NCBI GenBank assembly: GCA_963716725.1
Contig: CAVQUB010000001.1
Coordinates: 160,001 to 224,000, forward strand
Origin: an uncultured delta proteobacterium
GTDB taxonomy: Bacteria > Myxococcota_A > Polyangia > Polyangiales > Polyangiaceae
Length of the DNA: 64,000 nt
Direction of reading: 5' to 3'
The notes under the pieces: model-generated
What the model saw: only the letters and a program-made list of their open reading frames with translations
Databases searched by the model: none
What the model was told of the DNA's origin: nothing
Shown here: one piece after another, positions 7,835-18,361 of the stretch
Layout: every line of letters starts with the position of its first letter
Numbering within the stretch: the stretch's first letter is position 1
Made by a program: the position numbers and the translations under genes

Positions 7835-10403
7835 ATGTGGAGCTTCTACCAGGTCATCTACAATCTCGCGCCCGAGGCAAGGACGCGGAACCGCTTGCTC
7901 GTGGCGGCAAGTGTGGCTTCGGCGGACGTCGCGACGCGTCGGGTGACGTCGGACCTCACGGGGGAGGCGGCCGCGCGATTCGTGGGGCTCGCGCTGCATG
8001 GGCCGCGGATCCCAGCTGCGCCGAGGGACGAGCGAACTTCGACCGAAAGGCCACTCACGCTCGCGCGGCCTCGGATCTCCAGGAGTCAGCGCGGGCCGAT
8101 TGCAGTACCCAAGGTCCCGAACCTGCCTCGTACATATCCCCTCGCCGCTCCGGGCCCCGGGACGGGTGAAGCCCCGCCAAGCGGCCCCATCGCAATTCCC
8201 GTTCCGCTCGAAGCGCGCATCGCGAACGCGATCTGGACCCACGTGAAGGGCGTGGGAGATGGCATCGATGTGGGCGTGGGCGGACGCTGGGTCTGGTTCC
8301 TGCGCAAGAGCGGCTCGGTTTGGAAGGTGGACGGCAGCAACGCGCATCAGGTCGAGTCTTTTCCCAATCCCGTCCTGCAAAACTACGGGCTCGGCATCTA
8401 CCCGGACCCCGTTCGGATCTCGGGGAGCCGACCTTTCGCTGACTCGGGAAATGAAAAGAGCGCGTTCGTCGCGGCCGGCAACTTGACCCTCTTCGGCGTC
8501 AAGATCGTTACCGACACCCCGGTGCTCGTCGATATCAGCGCTCAAGAGTTCGACGAGGACTACCTCAAGGACGGCGGTATCTTCGATGTCTTCGGCGTCG
8601 GCACCAAGGGCGAACTGCTCGCTCTCGTCCGCAACAGCGGCTTGACCTACTGGATGCCGATCAGCCTCGGCTACAAAGTGAAGGCCGTGCGTGTCGCCTC
8701 CGCGCGCAAGAACCCGCACCAGACGAATCCACTTGGCCTGAGCGAGGTCTGGTTCATACGCGACGATGACGAAGTCGCGAATTTGGTCGATCCCTCCGTC
8801 GGATTGGGTCCGTCGTCCGGCGGGGCGTGGGATCTCGGCGTGGGAGCCGATGGAATCGTATGGGCTGTCGGAACCTACGAGTCCTCAGACCCAGGCTCTC
8901 ACGGCAGTCTGCTCTGGCGATTCGACCCCGAGATCTCGCGGTGGGACTGGGTCTCGCCGGGTTGGGGCGTCGCCGTGGACGTGGACTCCGAGGGCAACCC
9001 ATGGGTGCTCGACGACCAGGGCAAGCTCTTCGTGCGCGGCCTCCGCGTGCTCGGGATCAACCGCGACATGCCGCGCGGTGAGCCACACCCGAATCAGAGT
9101 TGGGACAATTACTTCATCGAATTGGCCTGGCACGTCCTGGAGAGCGGGAAGATGCAGCCGCTCTCGACCGAGGCCGCAGCACGAACACGGGCACTCGGCG
9201 CAGGCGGGGCCACTTCACTGCACGCGTGGGACAAGGTGGACAACCTGCTCGCGTTCCTGCCTCCCTACGTGTCGCGCGATCCAGGTTTCGAGACTCTGTT
9301 CTGCCTCGCACCGATCTTCACCACTCGCCACCACATCCCGAACGAGGTTCGCCAGCAGGTCCCTGACGCTTTCGCGTCCGTCCAACTCCCGGGCGGAGGT
9401 GCGTTCGAACGCATCGACTTCTTGAAGCTGGTGCAATCTTTCCTCGTCAGCTTGCTCCAGCTTTCGTCGATTCCTGGCTTCAGGGACCGCGTTCGCTACT
9501 TGTCGTTGGGGAACGAGGTGGATGTCTACTTCAAGGACGTGTTCAACAAGCTGCCCGCAGGCGATGGGGCGAAGGTGCTCGGTAGCTACATCGAGTTCTG
9601 CAAGCAGGTGATCTCGAAAATCAGGATGACGCTGCCGAATACCAAGATTGGCGTATCCCTGACGCACCGGGCAGTATCCGAAGCGGTCGATGGAGGAGCA
9701 TGGGCGAGCACGTGGCACGCGATGGCCGACCTGTCCGATGTCGTGATCGTCACCTACCTACGCGGTGGACCAGGCCCTCAAGCCGGTCTCGCCCGCGCAG
9801 TACCAAGCCACGTTCGAGAAGCTCCTGAAGTTCGCTGGAGCGCACGGCAAGCCGCTGGTCTTGCAGGAGGTCGGCATGCCGACATACGGCACCGCTTTCG
9901 CCCAAGCCCAAGCGGATTTCGTCGATTACGTCTTCGACCGGTGGGAGAGCGAGGGGGGAAAAATCCGCTTCCTGTCCTGGTGGCCCCTGTTCGACTACTT
10001 CTACGATCCGTTCTTGGCGGTCGAGCTGACTGACCCCAACGACGTCTTTTCGCCCGTCAAGGTGATCGGAAGCTCACCGCCCATCGGCGGAAAGCCTGCT
10101 GTGCCGAAGACAATCACACTGGGCGGGCAGGACACCGGGTTGCCGTTCATCGGAGCGGGCAACGCCATCGCGCCGTTCTTCAATGGCCCGCGGCCGGGAA
10201 AACTGCCCTTCGAATTGTATGTGAACAACATCGACGTCGCCTACTGGCTCAATCAGAACGCGGTCGCAGGGCCAACGAAAGCGTTTTGCCAATTCCTTTC
10301 GACCTGCCGGCTGGCTAGCTCGGACGGAACGCAGAAGCCAGCGTGGGCCCGCTACCACGAGCGCGCCACGCAGCTCGGTTTCCAGTCGGTCGCGTCGCCA
10401 TGA
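7835..10403 (+). CDS. Tectonin-like propeller repeats plus clan GH-A-like glycoside hydrolase domain; one frameshift at ~9758
   Basis: DLGVGADGIVWAVG and AVDVDSEGNPWVLD repeats; YLSLGNEVD (acid/base) and PLVLQEVG (nucleophile); removing one C in ACCTACCTACGCG joins ORFs 7835 and 9765. Confidence 0.6.
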
Positions 10404-11557
10404 CGGGCCGATTCGGACTCTGGTCGGTGAGGTTGGCCGGCGCCGGGCTGATGGCCGCCGCTTGCGGCGGGATCACGGGGCATCAGGACCGGACTGGGGC
10501 AGGTGGTACGTCTTCGGACGCTCAGGACGCAGGTGCCGGTCTGGACGGCCCATGGGATGGAACCGGCCAAACGGACTCCATGCCAGATGCGGGCGAGCAG
10601 GATGCGGGGGATGGCCATGTCGAGCCGAGTTGTCCCGTGCTCGCACCGGGAGGGAGCGCGCCGAAGTGCGCCGTTGCTGGCGTCAAGTGCGGGTGCGGAC
10701 TCGACTGCTGCGACCAGCGGTTCATTCCAGGCGGATCGTTCATGATGGGCCGAAGTCTGAACGGCACTGACGCGTACTCTCTCGGGCTCGACTTCGAGCT
10801 GCCGGAGCACCCGACAAACGTCTCGGACTTCTACCTGGACACGTTCGAGGTCACAGTGGCCCGCTTTCGTCCGTTCGTTCTCGGCTACCCGGACACCCTC
10901 CCCAAGGAGGGCGAAGGCGCTCACCCGAAGAAGCCAGGCACCGGATGGCAGAGCGCGTGGATCGCCGCTTTCGCTGCGCTGCCCGCGACGCGCGCCAAGC
11001 TGGAGACCCAGCTCACGTGCCCGGGCGAGAATCCGGGTATCGTCGAACCAACGTACGCCGCCGAGCCCGGCCCGAACGACGCGCTACCGATCAACTGCGT
11101 GAACTGGTACGAAGCGTTCGCCTTCTGCGTGTGGGAGGGCGGAAGGCTGTCCACGGAGGCCGAGTGGGAGTACGCGGCGGCTGGAGGCGCAGAGAACCGT
11201 CTCTACCCCTGGGGTGCCGAGCCGCCGGATTGGCCGTTCTTCAAGCGCTCTTGCCTGCATTCCAGCTGCATCGGGAAGTACGGAACCGTGGCTGGCGCGA
11301 GTCGTTGGGGGAACTTCGACCTTGCCGGCTCTCTGATGGAGATCGTCCTCGACACTCCGGCTGCCTATTCGCCAGACGAGTGCACGGACTGCATCGTGTA
11401 CGATCCGACGAAGTTCGGGAAGGATTCTCAGGTGATAACGGCACGGGGAGGGGCCTTCATCAGCAGCGAGTCTGAGCAGCGCGCAGCCTGGAGGGGTTCT
11501 GGGCTTCCGTGGATGTGGAGCGTTGGTTCGGGGTTTCGGTGCGCGCGCTCCCCATGA
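10400..11557 (+). CDS. FGE/SUMF1-domain lipoprotein
   Basis: MAAACGG lipobox; FYLDTFEVTV, PINCVNW, RLSTEAEWEYAA, YPWG, DLAGSLME, GFRCAR; ATGA overlap with the upstream stop. Confidence 0.9.
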   Translation: MTGRFGLWSVRLAGAGLMAAACGGITGHQDRTGAGGTSSDAQDAGAGLDGPWDGTGQTDSMPDAGEQDAGDGHVEPSCPVLAPGGSAPKCAVAGVKCGCGLDCCDQRFIPGGSFMMGRSLNGTDAYSLGLDFELPEHPTNVSDFYLDTFEVTVARFRPFVLGYPDTLPKEGEGAHPKKPGTGWQSAWIAAFAALPATRAKLETQLTCPGENPGIVEPTYAAEPGPNDALPINCVNWYEAFAFCVWEGGRLSTEAEWEYAAAGGAENRLYPWGAEPPDWPFFKRSCLHSSCIGKYGTVAGASRWGNFDLAGSLMEIVLDTPAAYSPDECTDCIVYDPTKFGKDSQVITARGGAFISSESEQRAAWRGSGLPWMWSVGSGFRCARSP

Positions 11558-11644
11558 GCGCCGCGACCGCCATGCCTGTGCCCCCCGGTCCTCGGTTGTG
11601 GCGACGGCATCGGCTCCCCGGGGACGATGATCACGTGCACCTCG

Positions 11645-13089
11645 CAGCTGCGGCGCCGAACATCTTGGAGTCGGCGCGATGCAATTGCACGCCGCGCAGC
11701 TGCGGCGCCGAACCTTCTGGAGCTGACGCTGTGCAACTGCGCTCGCCAGAACTCCCGGTCGAAAGCAGCGTACGCTTCATGCGGCGACGTCCTCCTCGTG
11801 TTGACGGGAGCACCGGTCGCACGCTTGTTGACGATTGTGGTCCAGCCGCCGCTTGCGCGCCTCTTGCCGCCGAGCAGCGAGCTCGTCAGGCACTCGAGCC
11901 CCGCGCCCGAAGTACATCTCGTCCGGGGTCTGCCCGTCGAACGCACTGTGGGGCATCCGCTCGTTGTGCTCGACCACGTAGAACTCCACGAGCCTCTTGA
12001 CGGTCGCGATGCTGTCGAGTTGGTGCAGGAACAGCCACTGAGTTTTGAGGGAGCGCCACCACGATTCGATCATCGAGTTCGAGAAGCTCACGTCGATCTG
12101 CGCGATGACGCGGCGAAGGACACCTTCACTGAAGAGCGGGTCCACGCTGGCGTTGAGGTTCTCGACGCCGGAGTCCATGTAGACCTCTGCTGTCATCGGC
12201 CCCTCCAGGTTGCTCGCCGCCCTCACAAGCACGTCGCGGGTGTTCATGGGATCGAGTCGGTCGGCGATCGTCCAGGCGAGGATTCTCCGAGAGAAGTTGT
12301 CGATGACCGCGTGCAAGTGCGCTTTCGTTCCATCGAGCAGCTTGATGATCGTGACATCCACGTGCCACGCGGCGTTCGGCGCGAGCGCGCGCACGCCGAC
12401 CTTGGGTTTCGGTGGGTAGAGACGGAGTCTCGGCCGCCGCCAGCCGTAGCGTCGGATGAGCTTGCCCCAGTTTGCCGGGTGAGCGAGGACTTCACCGACG
12501 CGCTGGGCGTGCAAGGCAAGCGCTCGGATGGACATGTGGCGATGTTCCTTGGACTGAACCAGGCTGCCGATTGCCTCGACCTCCGGCTGGGTCAGTCGCT
12601 GCGGCACAGTGCGCGGACAGCTTGGGCGGTCGTCGAGATCGCATGCTTTTTCGGCTCGAAACCAGACGTGATTGCGCGCTCGGGAGAGGCGGAGCACTCG
12701 GAGCGCCGCGGACAAGGCCATGCAGAAGCAGTCGAACAACTGTGATGAGCACCGCGGTCCGCCGCTCGAGCACGACGACACGAGCGCGAAGCTCGCCCTC
12801 CGCGCCAAGGTTCGGCTCCAGACAGACGACGCTCCCCATGCCTCGCCGGATCCAGCTCCGAACTGTCGAGCGCGGGATCTCGAACTCCGGAAACAGCCCC
12901 GGATCCCCGGTCTCGGCGATCTGCTGCTTGATGCGGTGGTCGTACGTACGGCGGGAGCGAGTGCTCATGTCGTCAGCAGAGCATGCACGGGCGCGTCAGT
13001 ATCGGCGCGCGGAGAGTCGGAAAAAAGCGAAGGTTTTCGCGGTGTGCAATTGCATCGTGACGGCTACAGAATGTTCAGCGCCGTAGCTG
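11645..13089 (-). mobile_element. IS element with ~45-bp imperfect inverted repeats and a degenerate transposase
   Basis: CAGCTGCGGCGCCGAACATCTTGGAGTCGGCGCGATGCAATTGCAC versus reverse-strand CAGCTACGGCGCTGAACATTCTGTAGCCGTCACGATGCAATTGCAC; second degenerate end copy at ~11697. Confidence 0.85.
11777..12968 (-). pseudogene. Integrase-core (rve) DDE transposase with frameshift/internal deletion near 12720
   Basis: N-terminus MSTRSRRTYDHRIKQQI in one frame; WHVDVT, VIDNFSR, YMDSGVEN, NSMIESWWRSLK in another. Confidence 0.85.
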
Positions 13090-13400
13090 GGCTTCTGCGC
13101 ACACCAACAGGTTCGGCTTCCAGCGTGCTCGCCGTTGGGCCCGGGGCTTGCTCCCGACTAGCAGTGCCCGGAGCAAGAACGCCCGTGGTTACCGCCTTCC
13201 AGTTCCACGAATTGGAGATCGGATCCCTCAGCATCAGCAGCGAGGGTGGTGCCCGCCTGACGCGTCGTGCGCTGCCCCACCGAGGAAGCGAGGAAGCTCC
13301 GTGGCTGGGCATCAGGGCCAGTGCGTTCGGCGCCCTCGTTCGTCGCCTGCACGTCGTCGGTCGGCACATCGCCGAGGCGGTCCGCAGGTGCGGGCCGCGC

Positions 13401-13772
<372 letters not shown>

Positions 13773-14083
13773 TCACGAAGCGCGTCGCGCCGCCTGCCCC
13801 CTCCTGATCCGGCAAGCGCCGCCAGCGGTTGGGCGCTGCGAGAAGGTGGAGTTGCTCCGCGGCTGCGTCGCCGACACGACCGCCGCCGGCGCTTGCGCGG
13901 ATGGAGGGGGCGCGTTGAGCCGAGACCGTGTGCGCGTGGGCGGACTGGAGACAGGGAGCAGCAGCAGCGTCAGCGCAGCGCTGCGGACAGCGCTGGGAGC
14001 GCGGGCACCGTGAAGCTCCTCGGCTCTCGGGATCTGTGCGCCGGCGCCGAGCGCAGCGATGCCGCGATCGCAGCGATCGCGTT

Positions 14084-14251
14084 TCGATGCCGCTCGGTCT
14101 TCCCCGGCGCCGCGTCCGGGCTGTGCCCGGGTGGCGCACGGGTCGCGCCAGGCGCGTCGGTGCGGTGAAACGTCAAGCTGGTTTTGGGAGAACTGCTCAT
14201 CGCGCTCCGTCGCGCTCCGCGCCTGTCACGCCCCCTGCGCCGTAATCGGGC
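14084..14251. repeat. Dispersed repeat B, copy 2
   Basis: Near-identical to 2446-2613; abuts the DUF559 fragment. Confidence 0.85.
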
Positions 14252-14452
14252 GTGGTCGACCTCGCGGTGCGAGCTGCGAAGCTGGCCATCGAAGCCGATG
14301 GCGCGAGTCACGCGGGGCGCGCCGCCGCCGATGCCCGCCGCGACCGCAAGCTCGCGCGGCTCGGGTGGCGCGTGCTTCGGCTCGAGGCGGAGCTCGTGCT
14401 CCGCGAGCCGGAGGGCGCGGTCGAGCGGGTGCGGGAGGCGCTCAAGCGGTGA
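14252..14452 (+). pseudogene. C-terminal fragment of a DUF559/Vsr-like endonuclease
   Basis: VDLAVRAAKLAIEADGASH...DARRDRKLARLGWRVLR. Confidence 0.75.
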
Positions 14453-14631
14453 ATGCGAGCGCCGGGCTCGACGCGCCTCGCGTGCACCGCGATCCTCACG
14501 CCGGTGAACGCTCGCCTCCTGCTCCCGGGACTTCCAAGTCCAAGGGGTCATCTCGATCCCGTTGCCGCGCCATGGTCGCTGAACCGGGACACCCGACCAC
14601 CGAGCAAGACGGGCGCTAGTCCCCTTCGGTG

Positions 14632-17600
14632 TCAGAACGCGCAGCGGGGGTCGCCATTCTTCGCGAACGCGCTCGGAGCAACCGTGCAGCCGGGAGTCGC
14701 GGCCTTGGGCACGCTCACGCTCGCGGTCGCCTGGCTCACGTTGCCGGCGGCGTCGCGGGCCTCGAGGGTCACCGTGTAGATCCGGCCAGAGCCGGTCCCG
14801 AGGCGGGACGCGCGCAGGCAGGTGCTGTCGGCGTCGAAACCGAGGTCTGCTGGCTCGTTGCTGGTGATTCCCACGATGCGCACCTGCGGATGCGGATCGC
14901 AGGCGTCACTCACGGCGTACTGGATGGTCGAACCGAGCTCGTCCCCCGTCGGGGACTTCCCAAGGTCGTAGGCGACGAGCTTGCCGTTGGGTGGCCAGAG
15001 GCAGGCGGGTGCGATCGTCAACGAACCGAGCACCGGGGGCGTCAGATCCGGCAGGCAGTCGAATCGAGTCCCGCCCGCGAGCACCAGTTTTCCGGCGTAC
15101 CGCGGGGGAGCCTGGGTGCGCGGCACGAACGCTGGTCGCGCCTTCGTGATCACGGCACCGAAGAGCGCATCGCGGCGAGGTGGCGCTTCGACGAGCTCGA
15201 TGACTTTGTCAGCAGCCAGTTCATTGCCGATGCCGAGTGTCGCGGAGTCCTTGACGCGGATGATCGCGGACCACCCGGTTTGTGGCAGCTCCGGCGCTCC
15301 GGTGCTGGGTGCGACATCCTCCCAGGCCGCCCCGATCACGATGACGCCGTTGCTGGTGCCTCCGACGCTCCAGCCAAAGCGATCGCCCGGAGACAGCGGG
15401 TTCGGGTTCGGCGGGGTCTCGCCTTGGTCGGGGATCGGCGCGGTCCCTTGCCGCCACAGCGCTTGCCCTGCCGCCGTGATGCCGTTCGGGCCGCCGCGCA
15501 GCACGTGCGCTGCACCCTTCGTGGTGTCCTCGTTGAACGCGCCGATGATGAGGTCGTCGTAGCGATCGAGGTCGGCGCGCGTGATCGCGAGATGCGCGCC
15601 AAACCCGTCATCCGGCTCACTCGCGTCCTTGATGGTCGTCCCGTCCGCGGCAGGGCCGCCCTGGACCAAATGCTGGCTCCCGGTGAGCCGCAACCCATCG
15701 CTGCTCCCGTACAGGACGTAGACCGCGCCGTTGCTGATGGAACCGCTCCCCTCGCCCGAGTGGACCGCGAGATCGACGCACGGACGACCGGCGTGGGAGT
15801 CGCCGTTGAAATTGCCGGCGGCGAGCTCACCGCCGCCGAAGAAGCGGCTGTTCGGAGGAGTTCCACCGATCAGAGCCAGATCGACGCGCTGGCGCAGGTT
15901 CTTGTCGAGGCCTGCCGCGCTTCCATAGAGGATCATCACCGCGCCGGCTCCAAGAATCACGCCCGCGTCGGGGTCGGCGGGCGTCGCCGCTTCCAACGGG
16001 TCGCCCACCGCGAGATCCTCGAAGCCGTCGCAGTTGAAGTCCCCCGTGGTCAACCCTCCGTTGATCGCTGGCGGCGAGGCCAGACCGAGGTCGGCGCTGG
16101 TGAAGATCGGCTCATTGCCGGTTGCCTGGAGACCAACGCCCTGGACTCCGTACATGATCTGCACGTCGGTCCCGGTGCGGATTGCCAGGTCATCCCTAGA
16201 ATCGCCGTTGAAGTCCCCAGCCGCGAGATCCTGGCCGAGACCCGCATCCGTGGCTGGAGCGCCCGAGAGCGGACCGCGATCGAACGCGACCGCCGTGAAC
16301 AAGCTCGGGGAGCTGGGCTCGTGGCGCAACGTCGCTATGATGCCTGCGCTCGACAAGCCCGAGACCGTGACGCCCGGAGCGCCGATCACCAGATCCTGGC
16401 GATCCGGGCTTCCATCGAAGTTTCCCCACGCGAGCGCGCGGCCGAACAAGTCACCGAGCGTCGATTTGTAGGTGAACGCGGCGGGGGAGCCGGCCGCGAG
16501 AAAGTCTAGCGTCACGGCTTGGACTTCCAGACCGTCCCAGACGACGTTCGTCAGGTTGTCTGTCGCCAGGCTGACCTGGCCGATCACCGGCTGGATGCCA
16601 ACCCCGCCCTGGCAGAACTTCTCGACACCGGCATCGGCGTCGGTGCCGGCATCTTCGCCAGCGTCGGCGCCGGCGCCGGCCCCTGCGTCCGGTGGATACG
16701 CGCACGTGCCTCCGGCGCAGCACTGCGCGTCGAGCGTGCAGGCCTGGCCGTTGGCCTTGCAGTCATAGATGCCAGGCGCCGAGATCGCGAAGGCCTCCTC
16801 GTCGCCGGGCCCATACCAGTTGAAGCCGCGTGGGACGAACTGCGCAGGCACGGTGAGCCCAACTCCTGACTTGCCCAGGAACACGTCTTCGCTCCCATCA
16901 AATCGGACGGCTGCGGTGTCGTCGATGCTGTCGCCGTCGAACCGCCCGACGGTGTAGTACTCGTACGGCCCCGCTGGCGTCCACGCGGCCGGGTTGTTCG
17001 AGAGCGTGAAGCTCGACGAGAACGAGTTCGGCGAGGTCCCGTTGAAGTAGAGAGGTAGCGCAGCGAGCACGCCGCCAATCGTCGAGACGATGTCCGCGTC
17101 ACCGTCACCGTCGAAATCGCCGTGGAACATGCAGCCGACATCCGCCGATACCGTTGGGAATGGCGTGTCGAGGAGGAATTGCTCCGTGCCGTTGTTGAAC
17201 GTCGCAGCGAGCTGGAGGTTGCCGAGAGGCGAGCTGCGGATCCCGATGGAATCGTCGGCTTGCCCATCACCGTCGAGGTCGCACGGAGTCAAGCTGACTC
17301 GCTTGTGCAAGCGGCAGCGCAACCAATTGCGGAACCCCGGCGCCGCGGAATAGTGCCCGAATGCCGGGGCAGGTGGGCCAGCATCATTGCCCAAGCGCGT
17401 GGGATCGCCTTCTTTGTAGATGCCGACGACGTCCCCGGCCACCCCGGTCGTGTGCTCGATGCACGGTCCGCCGGAGTCCCCGCCGACCGGCATCGCGGCA
17501 TAGGCACTGCTGTCTGGCTCGTACACCGTCGGAGTCGGTGTCACCTCGCCCCCGCGGCTCACCGCGAACATCGTGTCGGTGCGCTGGAGCGACGGAAACT

Positions 17601-18315
17601 TCGTCACCAATGGGTGCGGGTACTCCAGGACGGTGAAATCCGCCTTGCGCAACTGCCCGATAGTGGTCGCTCCACCCAGTGGTGCGCTGGCGGCCATGCC
17701 ATAGCAGGTCACCTTCTTCTGGTAGAAAGCCGAGGTCGGTTTCTGCGTGACCGCACGCTCGTAGAGACTGCCGATCCCGTTCACGGGGAGAGTCCCGAAG
17801 TTCATGATCGCGGCGACGTCTTGCCCGCGGTTATTGGCAAAATAGGAATCGTCCGAGCCAATGGGTGACACGTATCCTGGCGGGAACTTCGCGCCACAGC
17901 CCTCCTTCTTCTTCTTGGGGTCAGGAATCGAGGAGTCGCCGCACGAGACGAGTCTCTGCTGAACGCCACTGGCATCCGGCATCCTGATGCGCAGGTAGTT
18001 TGGCGCCGCGCCCTGGTTGGCCAAGCACGTCTTCTTGGCGAGCGTGTAGTCGGCGACGTGACCCGCGGTCAGGATGACGTCGTTCGCAACCAGCACACCC
18101 GTTCCCAGCGAGCAGCCGACCGGGTCGTTCTGGTTGATCACGTGCTCCAGCCACACGATCCCGAATTGACTTGCGACCGGGACCGCCGTGCCGCCGTAGA
18201 GCGCAGACGAGCCCTTGTTCGCAGGTTCATCTCGCGTGTCGCCACACGCGAAAGCCGTCAGCCCGATGCAAACAAACAGGGCGCTCGGGATGACGCGCCA
18301 GAAAGTGCTCCCCAT
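14632..18315 (-). CDS. Lipoprotein: trypsin-like serine protease + FG-GAP repeats + C-terminal LWPPN domain
   Basis: TAFAC lipobox; triad ILTAGH / GQDVA / GGDSGGP; repeated GDFNGD..DDLA and DLVIGAP; CLWPPNGK...GRIYTVT. Confidence 0.85.
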   Translation of the reverse strand: MGSTFWRVIPSALFVCIGLTAFACGDTRDEPANKGSSALYGGTAVPVASQFGIVWLEHVINQNDPVGCSLGTGVLVANDVILTAGHVADYTLAKKTCLANQGAAPNYLRIRMPDASGVQQRLVSCGDSSIPDPKKKKEGCGAKFPPGYVSPIGSDDSYFANNRGQDVAAIMNFGTLPVNGIGSLYERAVTQKPTSAFYQKKVTCYGMAASAPLGGATTIGQLRKADFTVLEYPHPLVTKFPSLQRTDTMFAVSRGGEVTPTPTVYEPDSSAYAAMPVGGDSGGPCIEHTTGVAGDVVGIYKEGDPTRLGNDAGPPAPAFGHYSAAPGFRNWLRCRLHKRVSLTPCDLDGDGQADDSIGIRSSPLGNLQLAATFNNGTEQFLLDTPFPTVSADVGCMFHGDFDGDGDADIVSTIGGVLAALPLYFNGTSPNSFSSSFTLSNNPAAWTPAGPYEYYTVGRFDGDSIDDTAAVRFDGSEDVFLGKSGVGLTVPAQFVPRGFNWYGPGDEEAFAISAPGIYDCKANGQACTLDAQCCAGGTCAYPPDAGAGAGADAGEDAGTDADAGVEKFCQGGVGIQPVIGQVSLATDNLTNVVWDGLEVQAVTLDFLAAGSPAAFTYKSTLGDLFGRALAWGNFDGSPDRQDLVIGAPGVTVSGLSSAGIIATLRHEPSSPSLFTAVAFDRGPLSGAPATDAGLGQDLAAGDFNGDSRDDLAIRTGTDVQIMYGVQGVGLQATGNEPIFTSADLGLASPPAINGGLTTGDFNCDGFEDLAVGDPLEAATPADPDAGVILGAGAVMILYGSAAGLDKNLRQRVDLALIGGTPPNSRFFGGGELAAGNFNGDSHAGRPCVDLAVHSGEGSGSISNGAVYVLYGSSDGLRLTGSQHLVQGGPAADGTTIKDASEPDDGFGAHLAITRADLDRYDDLIIGAFNEDTTKGAAHVLRGGPNGITAAGQALWRQGTAPIPDQGETPPNPNPLSPGDRFGWSVGGTSNGVIVIGAAWEDVAPSTGAPELPQTGWSAIIRVKDSATLGIGNELAADKVIELVEAPPRRDALFGAVITKARPAFVPRTQAPPRYAGKLVLAGGTRFDCLPDLTPPVLGSLTIAPACLWPPNGKLVAYDLGKSPTGDELGSTIQYAVSDACDPHPQVRIVGITSNEPADLGFDADSTCLRASRLGTGSGRIYTVTLEARDAAGNVSQATASVSVPKAATPGCTVAPSAFAKNGDPRCAF

Positions 18316-18361
18316 GACAACATGCTTCGCATTTTTTTTTTCGCGTGTCACGCTGCGTTTG

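Noticed and set aside
11440..11557. FGE/C-type-lectin C-terminus as a diversity-generating retroelement target
   Set aside because: No template repeat or reverse transcriptase is visible in the window.
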